Shown here: one piece after another, positions 12,001-24,172 of the stretch | How the letters are laid out: every line of letters begins with the position of its first letter | How positions within the stretch are numbered: the first letter of the stretch is position 1 | Assembly (NCBI GenBank): GCA_002269645.1 | Contig: NIVC01001312.1 | Span: 1-64,000 of the forward strand | Direction: 5' to 3' | Length of the DNA: 64,000 bases | From: Macrostomum lignano | Lineage: Eukaryota | Notes under the pieces: model-generated | Databases searched by the model: none | What the model was told of the DNA's origin: nothing | What the model saw: only the letters and a program-made list of their open reading frames with translations | Translations under genes and position numbers: made by a program

Positions 12001-15000
12001 CTGGCGCACATCAGGCTGCGGGGCGGTTGGTTGCTCCTGTGTGAGCGGTTTGTCTCAGTGTCTGGTCTAGTGTCTTAGTGTCTGATCTAGCGTTTGTCTT
12101 AGTGTCTGATCTAGTGTCTGTCTTAGTGTCTGATCTAGTGTCTGTCTTAGTGTCTGATCTAGTGTCTTAGTGTCTGTCTTAGTGTCTGATCTAGTGACTT
12201 AGTGTCTGTCTTAGTGTCTGATCTAGTGTCTTAGTGTCTGTCTTAGTGTCTGATCTAGCGTTTGTCTTAGTGTCTGTCTTAGTGTCTGTCTTAGTGTCTG
12301 ATCTAGCGTTTGTCTTAGTGTCTGTCTTAGTGTCTGTCTTAGTGTCTGATCTAGCGTTTGTCTTAGTGCCTGATCTAGTGTCTTAGTGTCTGTCTTAGTG
12401 TCTGATCTAGTGTCTTAGTGTCTGATCTAGCGTTTGTCTTAGTGTCTGTCTTAGTGTCTGATCTAGCGTTTGTCTTAGTGCCTGATCTAGTGTCTTAGTG
12501 TCTGTCTTAGTGTCTGATCTAGTGTCTTAGTGTCTGTCTTAGTGTCTGATCTAGTGTCTTAGTGTCTGATCTAGTGTCTTAGTGTCTGATCTAGCGTTTG
12601 TCTTAGTGTCTGTCTTAGTGTCTGTCTTAGTGTCTGATCTAGCGTTTGTCTTAGTGTCTGTCTTAGTGTCTGATCCAGTGTCTTAGTGTCTGTCTTAGTG
12701 TCTAATTTAGTGTCCTAGTTCCTGTCATAGAGTCTGATTTAGTGTATTTTTGTCTGTCTTAGTGACTGTCTTAGTGACTGTCTTAGTGCCTGTCTTAGTA
12801 ACTGTCTTAGTGACTGTCTTAGTGCCTGTCTTAGTGTCTGGTTTAGTGTCTGGTTTAGTGTCTTAGTTCCTGTCTTAATGCTTGTTTTAGTGTCTGTCTC
12901 ATCGCCTGTCTGACTGTCTTCTTGTCTATCTACCCGTCTGTCTTTCTTTCCGCCCAAGCTCCCTGTCCCCTTGAAGTCCATCACCCAGAGTCCCAACCTC
13001 ATGTACGGTGTCTGGTTGACCTGGGCCACCTTCCAGCCGAAGTTGCCATGCAGACAGTCGGCCCGCATGTCGTCCGTCAGGTCGGAAGGCACCACAGACT
13101 GCACCAGGCGTTCCTGTGGGAAGAGAAATGCACTGAGGTTGCGGTCTTGTTGCTATGGGGGGTTTGGGGGGCTCTCTGGGGCTGGTAAGGCAACACATGA
13201 CGCTTGAAGTGAAGCGAACAGCAGTGCTGGTGCGCCATACCTCTTCACGGAGCCTGCAGTTTGGACAGTCATCGGCTAGACTTTTATAGCTAATTGCAGC
13301 CTCAGCAGTGCGGAGACTTAGAAATTCCAATAATTTATAGCATAGCCTTGAATCTGCAGCCATACACAGGTCCCAACTCGAAATTTTATAACTGAAATTC
13401 CAACTAGCAAATTGGCCTTTCAGTTTCTCAGCCATGGTTACTCTATCCTGAAACCCATTCCTTAGATTGAAGAAATCCTAAACTACCTTGGAGCATTCAG
13501 AACCATAGCCTATACCAGCTTAAGTCTCTATCTTCAATATTATGATCCCAAATCCCCGTTGTACATTATGATCCCAAATCCCCGTTCTACATTATGATCC
13601 CAAATCCCTATTCTACATTATGATCCCAAATCCCTGCTCTACATTATGATCCCAAATCCCCGTTGTACATTATGATCCCAAATCCCTGTTCTACATTATG
13701 ATTCCAAATTCTTATTCTACATTATGATCCCAAATCCCTGTTCTACATTATGATCCCAAATCCCTGTTCTACATTATGATCCCAAATCCCTGTTCTACAT
13801 TATGATCCCAAATCCCTGTTTTACATTATGTTCTACAATTCCTGTTCTACAATAATACTAATTCTACATTATAATCCCGAATATATATTCTAGATTATAA
13901 TCCCGAATCCCGTTCTACATTCTAATCCCAAATCCCCATTCTATATTCCAATCCCAAATCCTAAATCTACATTATAATCCCAAACCCCAATCCACTTCAT
14001 GATCCAAGAATTTATTAATTTAAATTGACTCACTCAGTCGGCACATCGAACTATCCAGTGTCACGATGTACTTTAAACGTAAAAGCCAACAAATAATTTG
14101 AAATCCAATCCATTCTGAGATGCAATGCCCAAATAACTGAAAAAGGATTTATCTTTTTGTAGGAGACGAGATTTCCACGTCATATCAGCTGCGGACCGCT
14201 GGTCAGATCCCTTCTCCCATGAGACACGACGAAAATTTTCCCCAAAGTACCGCTGCACCAGACTCCCAGCTGCATCATTGCGAACTCAAAATCTAGAGAG
14301 ACAGATTCTATCCCCTGTCTGATTAGGAGGAAACAGATTTATCCTCATTTGTAAAGTGCAACCCCCTTGGAGACGAAATGTACTTTTAGACACATCGGTT
14401 CCTCATCAATCCCTTACTAGCTTGCTCCCGCTCAATCAATCTTGCACTCCCACTGGGGATGAAAAAATCCTCTTTTTCTTTAGGGAAAAAAGTTTGAAAG
14501 TCTGACTTAACAACCGAATTTTTGTCACCTCTATTTGTTCTTTGCTTTTTGCTGCTTTTTCTGGCTGTACTCTTGTAGGAGAAACAATTAATGCTGTTTA
14601 TAAGAGATACAAGATAATCCCATTATTGATAAAGTTTCTGGAATGGCGTACAGTGTAATAATTCCCATTTCCAGATCCCCAAGATCCCCGATTCTATAAT
14701 TTTTATGCCTAGATCCTCAAATTCATAATCCCTATAATAAAGTCCTAAATTTCATAATTCCCATAGCCAGATCCCCAATTTCATAATTCCCATATCCAAA
14801 TCCCAAATTTCGTAATTCCCATATCCAAATCCCCAATTTCATGATTCCCATATCCAAATCCTCAATTTCATAATTCCCATATCCAAATCCCCAATTTCAT
14901 AATTCCCATATCCAAATCCCCAATTTCATAATTCCCATATCCAAATCCCAAATTTCATAATTCCCATATCCAAATCCCAAATTTCATAATTCCCATATCC

Positions 15001-18000
15001 AAATCCCAAATTTCATAATTCCCATATCCAAATCCTCATTTTCATAATTCCCATATCCAAATCCCCAATTTCGTAATTCCCAAATCCAAATCCCCAATTT
15101 CACGATTCCCATATCCAAATCCCCAATTTCACAATTCCCATATCCAAATCCCCAATTCCATAATTCTGCCTAGCAACTAGCTCACCAGCTTGTAGGTCTC
15201 GTCCTCCAACTGCAGCTGATTGGCGATGCAGGCCTTGGTTTCCAGGAAACTGCGGCGCAACAGGCTGTCGCGAAAGCGCTGCAAACAGGCGCCACCCAGA
15301 TTGGCGCAGAGCAGCACAAGTGATGAGGCGATCAGCTGGAAAATTGGGAAAGAAAAAGTGATGTTGTTGTTGACTCTTGCTGGAGAAATTTAGGGTCATT
15401 CTCAAGGGTGATATTCTATGGGTGAGATTCGCTGAATTGAGGCTCTGTGGGAGGGGGTGAGACGCTGAGAAGTCAATCAAATTCTAAGCGGTTGAGATTC
15501 TGATAGGTAAGATTTGACGGGTAAGAATCTGAGGGATGAGAATCTAGACGGTGAGATTCTAAGAATCTAAGGTTTGAGATTCTGAAGTGTAACATTTCGA
15601 GGGGTAAGATTCTGAGAGGTTAAATTCTGAGGGATGAGATTCTGAATTATGAGATTCTGAATTGTTAGATTCGGAAGAGTGAGATTCTGAAGGGTGAGAT
15701 TCTGAAGGGTGAGATTATGAAGGGTGAGATTCTGAAGGGTGAGATTCTGAAGGGTGAGATTCTGAAGGGTGAGATTATGAAGGGTGGGATTCCTAAGGGT
15801 GAGATTCTGAAGGGTGAGATTCTGAAGGGTGAGATTCTGAAGGGTGAGATTCTGAAGGGTGATATTTTGAATTGTGAGATTCTGAGTGATGTGATTCTTA
15901 AAGATAAGATCCTAGGGGTGAGATTCTGAGAGATGAGATTCTGAATTCTGAGATTCTGAGGGGTGAGATTCTGCGAGGTAAGATTCCAAAAATGAGTTTC
16001 CATCGGGGTGAGAGTCAAATGAAGAAGGATTTTAATTCTACTGAATGAAACTCAGCGAAACGGCGGTGATTTACGAGTATCAGACTTGATTTTGTAAGGA
16101 TTAAAACTTGAATCGAAATTTTATCAATTCGAGAATTTACATGTACTTTAAAAAGCCTATTTTAAAGAAATCCAAAAGCTTTTGAGCATCGATGGGAGAA
16201 ATTTAAGGATGCTAGACCCAAAAACTCCCAGCCAACACGGAGGGATAAAAAACAGAGATAGAGAGAGAAAACTCGAAAGTTTGCCTTCTGAGGTCACTGG
16301 CAAACCCCACTTGACCTGACCCTCGCTTCCACACAGCACAGCTCCCATCGGATCGATTTAGACTGGGAAATTGGAGGGCCTCCATGATAATCGGTTTTCA
16401 AGTTTAATAGTCACAGCATTGGAATAAGAGTTCAGTTGTCCTGGGTTAAGTTTCTAAATTGCTCAAAGCATTCTCGTCCCATGTGCAATTGGTTGCTACT
16501 CAGCCGCATAATTTGCCTCGGTGCTTTCCTGTCGACTTTTCTGGCAAAAATTCCCTTTTTTCTGATGTGCTACTGTCTGTATAACTAGCAGGATTCTCTG
16601 TCTAACAGGTGTCTAGCTTCCGTCTAACAGGTGTCTAGCTTCCGTCTAACAGGTGTCTAGCTTCTGTCTAACAGGTGTCTATCTTCTGTCTAACAGGTGT
16701 CTATCTTCTGTCTAACAGGTGTCTATCTTCTGTCTATAACAGGTGTCTATCTTCTGTCTAACAGGTGTCTATCTTCTGTCTAACAGGTGTCTATCTTCTG
16801 TCTAACAGGTGTCTATCTTCTGTCTAACAGGTGTCTATCTTCTGTCTAACAGGTGTCTATCTTCTGTCTAACAGGTGTCTATCTTCTGTCTATAACAGGT
16901 GTCTATCTTCTGTCTAACAGGTGTCTATCTTCTGTCTAACAGGTGTCTATCTTCTGTCTAACAGGTGTCTATCTTCTGTCTAACAGGTGTCTATCTTCTG
17001 TCTAACAGGTGTCTATCTTCTGTCTAACAAGTGTCTATCTTCTGTCTAACAGGTGTCTATCTTCTCTCTAACAGGTGTCTATCTTCTGTCTAACAGGTGT
17101 CTATCTTCTGTCTAACAGGTGTCTATCTTCTGTCTAACAGGTGTCTATCTTCTGTCTAACAGGTGTCTATCTTCTGTCTAACAGGTGTCTATCTAAAAAG
17201 AAGGCATCTACATTTATCTAACAGGTAGGTGTCTATCTAACAGGTAGGTGTTTATCTAAAAAGTAGGTGTTTATCTAACAGGTAGGTGTCTATCAAACAC
17301 AGGGACCGCAGCACCAACATACAGCGCAGGTCACCTGTTCAACCCACACTGTATATTACTGATTATTGATTTCGGAAACATCGAATTCTATAATTCTATG
17401 TACGCCGTTCTTCAAACTTCAGCCAGTCAGTTAATTCCTAGAAAGAGATTTTATGCGCTCCGACTAGCAAATAGGATTGAACGGGACAGCTGTTGGATCT
17501 GCTACACTGGCTGGCATATTGGTTGGCTGTTCAGTCTGAATCTATCAAATTTGCGCAGTTAAAGGCGAAGGGACTTCAAAGCAGCTCGCAAAGTCATGAC
17601 TGAACCTCACATAGCCCCCACTAGAGACAGCTCTTGACGCAGGGGAAATCTTCCTCGTTTGTATTGCGCAGATACTCGTACGTCGTGAATGATTCGAAAC
17701 CATTCTGAAACAAGGTGATGCTACGAGAAGTATTGCCGGTTTGGACGATGCGGGCATTGTTAATCCCATAAGGGCTACGGGACGTGCAGGAAAACGCTGG
17801 TTTTTAAGAATTTTACCGACGGACCGAGTGCGTTAAATGTGAACTGTTGGCCTCATTCAGACCCTCGGAGATCTACACATGAAGACACTCAGAGAGTCAC
17901 CCATGAAGGCACTCAGAAAGTCACACATGAAGACACTCAGAGAGTCACCCATGAAGGCACTCAGAAAGTCACACATGAAGACACTCAGAGAGTCACCCAT

Positions 18001-19672
18001 GAAGACATCCAGAAAGTCACACATGAAGACACTCAGAGAGTCACCAATGAAGGCACTCAGAGAGTCATACATGACGACACTCAGAGAAGAGTCACCCATG
18101 ACGACATTCAGAGAGTCACCCATGAAGACATTCAGAAAGTTACCCACGAAGACACCCAGAGAGTTACCTGTGAAGAAACTCAGAGAGTTACCCATGAAGA
18201 CACTCAAAGTTACCCATGAAGACACTTTAAGACTCACCCATGACGACACTCAGAGAGTCACCCATGAAGGCACTCAGAGAGTCACACATGACGACACTCA
18301 GAGAGTCACCCATGAAGACATTCAGAAAGTTACCCACGAAGACACCCAGAGAGTTACCTATGAAGAAACTCAGAGAGTTACCCATGACGACACTCAGAGT
18401 TACCCATGAAGACACTCAGAGAGTCACCCATGACGACACTCAGAGAGTCACCCATGAAGGCACTCAGAGAGTCACACATGACGACACTCAGAGAGTCACC
18501 CATGAAGACATTCAGAAAGTTACCCACGAAGACACCCAGAGAGTTACCTATGAAGAAACTCAGAGAGTCACCCATGACGACACTCAGAGAGTCACCCATG
18601 ACGACACTCAGAGAGTTACTCACGAAGTCACCCAAAGATGCGCCTCTGACGCTCATTTTTAGCACATTCTATGCTTTAGCACCTAGCGGCCATCTCTGGT
18701 CATTTCATTGGCCCGCTTCTAACAAAAGTCTGTACTCACAGAAGTCCAGTAGCTCTCAGCGATATGCTTGCGAGCAACGCTGTCAGCTCTGCTTGGCTCC
18801 ACAAGCTGCTGCCTCGTGAGCACAGCCGAGCACGCCAGGTAGCAAAGGCTCAGAACCGATCCGTAGAGCGCCGTGGCCAGCAGCTGACCAGGCAGCAGGC
18901 AGTAGACTGCGAACACCGCGAATGCCACCTGCCACAGCCCGTCGGCCATGGTAAAAATCTGCTGTTGCTGGACTGTTGAAGCGCTGACCCAGCTGACGGG
19001 GAAAGCCGTGGCAGCGATCAGGCTGACTAGAAGCAGCACCAAAGCGCAGCCGGTGGACGTGTGCTCGGGCCGCATCAGCCGGCTGTGTAGGAACACCGCG
19101 GCAAACAGGAACGCCGAGGCGGAGGCGACGTACACCGCGGCTTTGTAGGAAAACCGGTGACCGAATGCGTAGTCGATTGACGTCAGCGCCAGCAGCAGGC
19201 AGACGTAGGTCAGCAGGAAGCGGCTTAGCATGGCCCGCTCCAGTCGGAAAGCGTACTTCCGGTACAAACGTTCGACGCTCCAGTCGACGAAAGCGTCGCT
19301 GTTGCAGAAGCGGCACAGGCGCATCCGGAGTCGGCGCCAACGGGAGCGACCGCCGCGGCCGCCCTCGCCAGCGTCGGACATTGTCGACGAGGCGGCGTCG
19401 GCGTACGAAGCCAAGTCGGTGTTCAACTCGGCGAAGAAGTGCGGCGCGAGCAGCTTCCGGTCGGAGCGATCGCTGCGCGGCAACGGCTGCTGATGGTGGT
19501 GATGCAGATGACTGCGAGGCGGGTCCGTGTCGATCAGAGAATGCTGGTTGCTGCCGCTGCCGAGGCTAACTGAAGCCGCCGCAGTCACTGGGGGTGTGCC
19601 GTTAGCGCATTGCGCGCCGCCTCCTCCGGCTAGGAGACTTTGATAGCCGTTGCAGTGCGAGTGGGAGCTCAT
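1..19672 (-). CDS. Transmembrane adenylyl cyclase-like protein (M1-C1-M2-C2 plus long low-complexity tail), multi-exon, 3' end beyond window; probably catalytically impaired
   Basis: Hand-spliced exons with GT-AG and consistent phases: 19672-18740, 15335-15186, 13113-12998, 12036-11904, 11230-11103, 9359-9201, 8290-8140, ~7568-7337, ~6732-6515, ~5960-5861, ~5760-5673, ~5157-5060, ~4965-4534, ~3899-3768, ~2716-510, ~425-<1. Motifs: RRSFLETKACI, ERLVQSVVP, RIQGDEY, ARVGINSG, GRILLS, MNPVTLKFS, NLLPQHVA, DLYAQEY, RMRVGIDLGP, VFDIWG. Several apparent 1-nt frameshifts in the 2716-510 exon. Confidence 0.9.
4097..4255 (+). mobile_element. hAT-like non-autonomous element end followed by CT-rich tract
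   Basis: Starts CAGGATCGGTAAACTCCGGCCCGC; the same sequence family occurs inverted at 49370-49694. Confidence 0.45.
4265..4505 (-). mobile_element. tRNA-headed SINE with CORE/MIR-like central domain (copy 1)
   Basis: Minus strand starts TAGCCTAGTGGCTAGAGCG (A-box-like) and contains CTTGAGCAAGGCACTTAAC...CAGCTGTAAAATGGG; related copies at ~21536-21750 and ~45434-45694. Confidence 0.65.
5337..5590 (+). mobile_element. tRNA-derived SINE family 2 (copy 1, partial)
   Basis: Near-identical to 24173-24480 and the inverted copy at 41277-41641; A-box-like CCCAGTGG and B-box-like GGCTCGATTTCA. Confidence 0.75.
5990..6430. repeat. Degenerate GCGGTTGCTAT (~11 bp) minisatellite
   Basis: Directly visible; the same unit recurs at 7620-8030. 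Confidence 0.9.
6955..7290. repeat. Degenerate repeat with GGGGTCAACTGACCTCCC core
   Basis: About 7 dispersed tandem units in an intron of the cyclase-like gene. Confidence 0.8.
7620..8030. repeat. GCGGTTGCTAT minisatellite with higher-order duplication
   Basis: Directly visible. Confidence 0.9.
8330..9150. repeat. ~26 bp minisatellite CCCTTGAGATAAACTTAGAAATCTCA
   Basis: Directly visible. Confidence 0.9.
10105..11430. repeat. CT-rich low-complexity repeat (CTCATCTCTCC), flanking the 11103-11230 exon
   Basis: Directly visible. Confidence 0.9.
12055..12900. repeat. TAGTGTCTGTCT / TAGTGTCTGATC minisatellite
   Basis: Directly visible. Confidence 0.9.
13535..13990. repeat. ~28 bp minisatellite TACATTATGATCCCAAATCCCTGTTC
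   Basis: Directly visible. Confidence 0.9.
14690..15160. repeat. ~26 bp minisatellite AATTTCATAATTCCCATATCCAAATCCC
   Basis: Directly visible. Confidence 0.9.
15400..16010. repeat. 15 bp minisatellite GAGATTCTGAAGGGT
   Basis: Directly visible. Confidence 0.9.
16600..17290. repeat. 21 bp minisatellite TCTAACAGGTGTCTATCTTCTG
   Basis: Directly visible. Confidence 0.95.
17870..18640. repeat. 24 bp minisatellite ACACTCAGAGAGTCACCCATGAAG
   Basis: Directly visible; produces spurious repeat ORFs. Confidence 0.95.
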
Positions 19673-21535
19673 TTCTGCCTGCCCAATGGCCCCGAATTGG
19701 GAACTGATGCCTGTCTCTCTCTGGTCTCGTGCGCGGGAAAGTTACCGTTGTTTATATTGCCTTACTTGGTTAGCTTTTGCAGAGCGTTTTTATGACGGAT
19801 AGTCCACGTGACTCATTTCAGTAGGACAGAGGGGAGAGGGGAAGGCGGTGACCGGCGGGACAAAGACCGGGGAATCAAACTATTGGGTGATTGTTAGCTC
19901 TTGTAAAAGTGGGAAGAAGTGTCTGAGGACAAAGGCTTTATACTGGGGTGGGTTGCAACAGAATAAGGGAAGCCTATGAATATATAGCGATGATTAACAG
20001 AAGTTTAAAGCCAAGCTCACTAGCTGACTTGCCGCTTTCTGAGACCGATATTAGCAGTGCGACACTTTGCACCTCCTTTCTCTCCTTGGCCTTGCCTCTC
20101 TTCGTATTGTTCGATCTTCTTCTTTATTTTTACTTTCTATTCCTGGGCTGCAATATTCCAGTGCGAAACGTAGCACCAGCAACCCCTAGAAGCAGCTAAA
20201 GCAGAGGAGGGCTTCTTTTTTGCTTTTCTCTTCTGGGCTGCTTTCTTCTTCTGTCTGTCTCTGTCTGCGTCTGAGGCTTTTGCGGTTGGCCCGCGAGGGG
20301 TCTTGCTTGTGGCACGCGCGAGAGGCAGAGGAGGGAGAGAGGGAGAGCCGGCCAAAGCAGAAATATTTGGGGTCTGGTTGGCGGTTGCCGGCTTATGCAG
20401 TAGGGAAGGAGGAGGACGAATGAGGCCTGGTGGGGCCGCTCTAATTTAGGGATAGAGCGAAGCCCGAGTGGAGGCCAGAATTGAATCAAGTCGAATATCC
20501 AACGGTCGGTCGCCGCCTCCACCCCCCAGCTACGTATTTTGCGCGTACGATCACGGTACTGCCGCCCCCGCTTCTGTCCCCTCAATGCCTCCCCTCCCTC
20601 TTCCCCTCCTCTTCCCGCCGCTTGACTCCAAACGCTAAACTGACACTTCAGACACGAGCATTGCGCCATTTTACGAGCCTTATAATCCCAAATGCGAATC
20701 CTAACTGGATGGATAAATTCTGTCGCTGCTGTGCTGCATCGCTGTGTATAAGCCGTCCTCCTTGACTTGCTCCACCCCCCCCCCAACCTAACAACCTCCC
20801 CAAATCGGGCCTTTCGAAATCGGAGGCGGCTTCATTCTATCCCCAGCCATTTCCACCGCTTCAGCTGTTCGCTGCAGCCATGAACGATCGCATACGCGAT
20901 CGCGTATTATGCACAATATTATATTCGTACTTGCAAGCGCAATCGATTCTAAACGGTATAATGGCCGACTAGATAGCACACACGGACATGTAGAGGCGTC
21001 GGAAACTTGTGCAACTGTTGCGGGAACTTTTGCAGCTCCTTGAACTATCACTTTGCCGCAGCAGCAGTACGAATTCATGTACGCGGTGTACAACGTTAAT
21101 AATTTTCTATTATACATTCCATGCACATCTGGATCTTCCATGCAATTTGTGAATTCGAACAGCATGATGTTTGTTCCCAAGATGTGCGCCAAGGACCACT
21201 AGAAGTTCTTGTCACTGAAGGACCAAGGAACACTGGCCTACGGTCAGCACTGTATGTGTTACATGTACATGTATCTTGCACTGAAAATCTTTAGCATTCT
21301 ACTCGTACTGTTGTTTCCTGTGCAGCATTCCGAAGTAGTAGTCTGACGATAAATACATGTACATGTACGATTACGAGTATATCAAAAGCAAAAGCATTGG
21401 CCATACATGTAACTGTACCGCCGACGTCGGATGGCTGTTCGGGCCGAAATGATTTGTAATTAAATTAACATAGAGTAACCCTTGCGATTTAATAAAATAA
21501 TAGTATATTACACCTGCCCTACCAAATTGGGCCAG

Positions 21536-21750
21536 ATATGCTCAGCCGCAGCTATTATGCGTAAGCGCATTTGAAGGCTGCGTCGGCTGTTCAGTCCAAG
21601 GACTGGGGGGGGGGGGTCGCTATACACACCCTCAATTACCCCAGGTACTCATTTTACAACTGGGTGAACTGAAGCAATGCAGAGTTACATGTACATGTAC
21701 GTGTCTTGCTCAAGGCCACAAGTTGTTCAAGTGGGTCGAGAATCGAAACA
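21536..21750 (-). mobile_element. CORE-like SINE (copy 2, partial, with TACATG micro-insertion)
   Basis: Shares GGCTGTTCAGTCCAAG, CATTTTACA.CTGGGTGAACTGAAGCAATG and GTGGGTCGAGAAT with 4265-4505. Confidence 0.6.
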
Positions 21751-24172
21751 AAACTTAATTGCTTTGCAATTTAGAATGTACATATGTACATTGCAATGCA
21801 TGTACATGTACATAATATCTAATCTACTTGTTACATGTACATCGTGTACATGCATATAAATTAAACACATGTACAGTGTATCATGCATTTAAATACAGCA
21901 AAATCGAAAACATGTACATGATGTAGCTTCCTAGGAAAGAGACAAGTTAAGTTGTATAAAATTTGTGTATTTTTTATTAAAAATGTTATGTTAAGTCAAA
22001 AGATGGTTCTGTTTCATCCACCCTCTATGCGAATGACTAAATTTGTGCACCTGTATAGACTTCGAATAAAATTCTGCTTGCTGCACCCCCCGGCTGCAGA
22101 CCATACATGTACGTACGTGTACACATGTACATGTACGTACGCAAAGCGCGCATATAAATCAACTTTTCTGCTTCAATATTGATTACGTGTCTATGAATAA
22201 AATCGCAAAAGGAGTTATTTTTAAATGCGGGATCAGGGGGACAATATTTTGTCTATTTTTGTCTAGGTTACAATAAAGGACGAGGGAGATTTATCAAGTT
22301 TCCTGCAGGCTACCTTTTTGAAAAAATCGAGCCATCATACAGTATTTTTGACTGGAACTTTACAATGAGAATTAAGCGTAAAGTCTTGTACTCGTGTTAA
22401 AAACGGATAGTAAGCTGACTCCATATTACACTATAGTTACTGTTACTGCACATTTAAATGAAGTATTGACAGACCTTTTATAACTAAAGGCTACTTGACC
22501 AACATTTTAAAGACTGACCTCTGTTTCTGAAATTCATCTCAAAGTTCTTAAAAACAATCAGTGGCGGATTTAGGGCGGAGGCGCACAGGGCGCCCCCCGA
22601 CGAGTTAGAATTTTTTTAATTTTTAATATGGAAAATACACATTATCGCGTACATTTACATGTACATAAAATACATATACATGTACCTTAGTATCTGCGCC
22701 CCCGTTCAAAATTTTCTGAATTATTCCGTACCTGAAAACGATAACTGCAATCTGCGCGAATAAACTTGTATTTGCCACTTAGGCCACGGTAACTGTTAAA
22801 TAGCTCGTTATATTACGAATGGGTTTCTTCCGCGACATAGCGTCGAGCACAAGTTTAACTTGAAAATTCTAGTAGATTTTATTTGGCTCTTCATGGTCTG
22901 CCCCTTCGCTTCAAGTAATCATATTAAAAATCGCACAGGCATTAAATAGATAGATAAAATAAAATTTAACACCCGTTTTGTCAATTTTTCTACGACTGTA
23001 TATTTAAAAAGTCTGTTAAATCAATATTTACTGTACCTTTCAGCTTCATGGAATTCACTTTTGAAAATTCGACAGTTGTGATAGTTTTCCTTTTGTACAA
23101 TATTATACTTAAGTAGGATACGTAAAGCCAAAGGATAGATTCTATCTCAATTGTAAGACTACAATCATAGGACGAATATTTAACTAATTAAATAGCGAAC
23201 AAAACCTGTGCTCTGCTTTAAGCTCTAGATTTCTAATAAATGTTTTTTGTTTCTTTTGTCCTAAGACAAGACAGATAGTCTTACCTTTAAACAAACAAAC
23301 AAAAAAACTTTTACTTTTTACTTCATCAAAACAGATCTTGGCTTCTGTAGATATTTTTTTGTTTTCTAATTTACTACTTACTATTATTATAGTATCATTA
23401 AATGTAAGCTTTTCCTAAACATTATATAAATATTTCTTAAAAATATTTCAATAATACAGTTTATACTTTTATTTGTTTGCATTTATATTGACTTAGTTTT
23501 GACTTCGAATTAGTTTTATTTTGCTGCATAATTCAATTTTTGAAGTGCATTATGACTATCCTAGTATTTCAAGAATAAAATTAAACTGCTTGCTAATTCA
23601 TTGTGATAATTTAATAGACAAGACTAATTTAAGACATTATATCTAAGGTAAAGAGGATTAATGTAAATGTCTAAGCGAGAATTTCACAGTTATAGTTCAA
23701 TCAACTGAAAACAAAACCATTGATTTTAATGTAAATATAAAATAGTCAGCTAACTTTATTGCGTGCATTTATGAAAATGAACTACTCTCTATAAATTTTT
23801 GTTTCCTTTCAATGCATGCTTTTAAACGGCGGTTTTCTACATAGCAAAATTAAAAGTAGCTACGCTTGTCCCAATATGCAAGTTGATCAAAACCTACTGG
23901 TCGAAAGTGACCGCATTATATCATCGTATCCATTGGTTAGAGCTTTTCATATGCTAACTGTCAAGCAATCAATTAAGCCTGCGCTCATATTTATCACTCA
24001 AGTTTCACCCGTTAAAAAACTTTTAGCCTCAGCTGGCAGAGTTCACACCCTATAAGGATGCCGACTTTCACCCAGTTGTAAAATCCACTTGCGCGACAAG
24101 ACGCGGATCAACTACGAGGTAAACACCATTGTGTGTACGTATTATTCAGCTGAGGAATTACTCAAACTGGGA

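Noticed and set aside
20196-21281. Minus-strand ORFs upstream of the cyclase as separate genes
   Set aside because: No recognisable domain, non-ATG or weak starts, low-complexity composition.
22560-22735. hAT-like MITE starting CAGTGGCGGATTTAG
   Set aside because: Only one convincing end; the right TIR is too degenerate to delimit.
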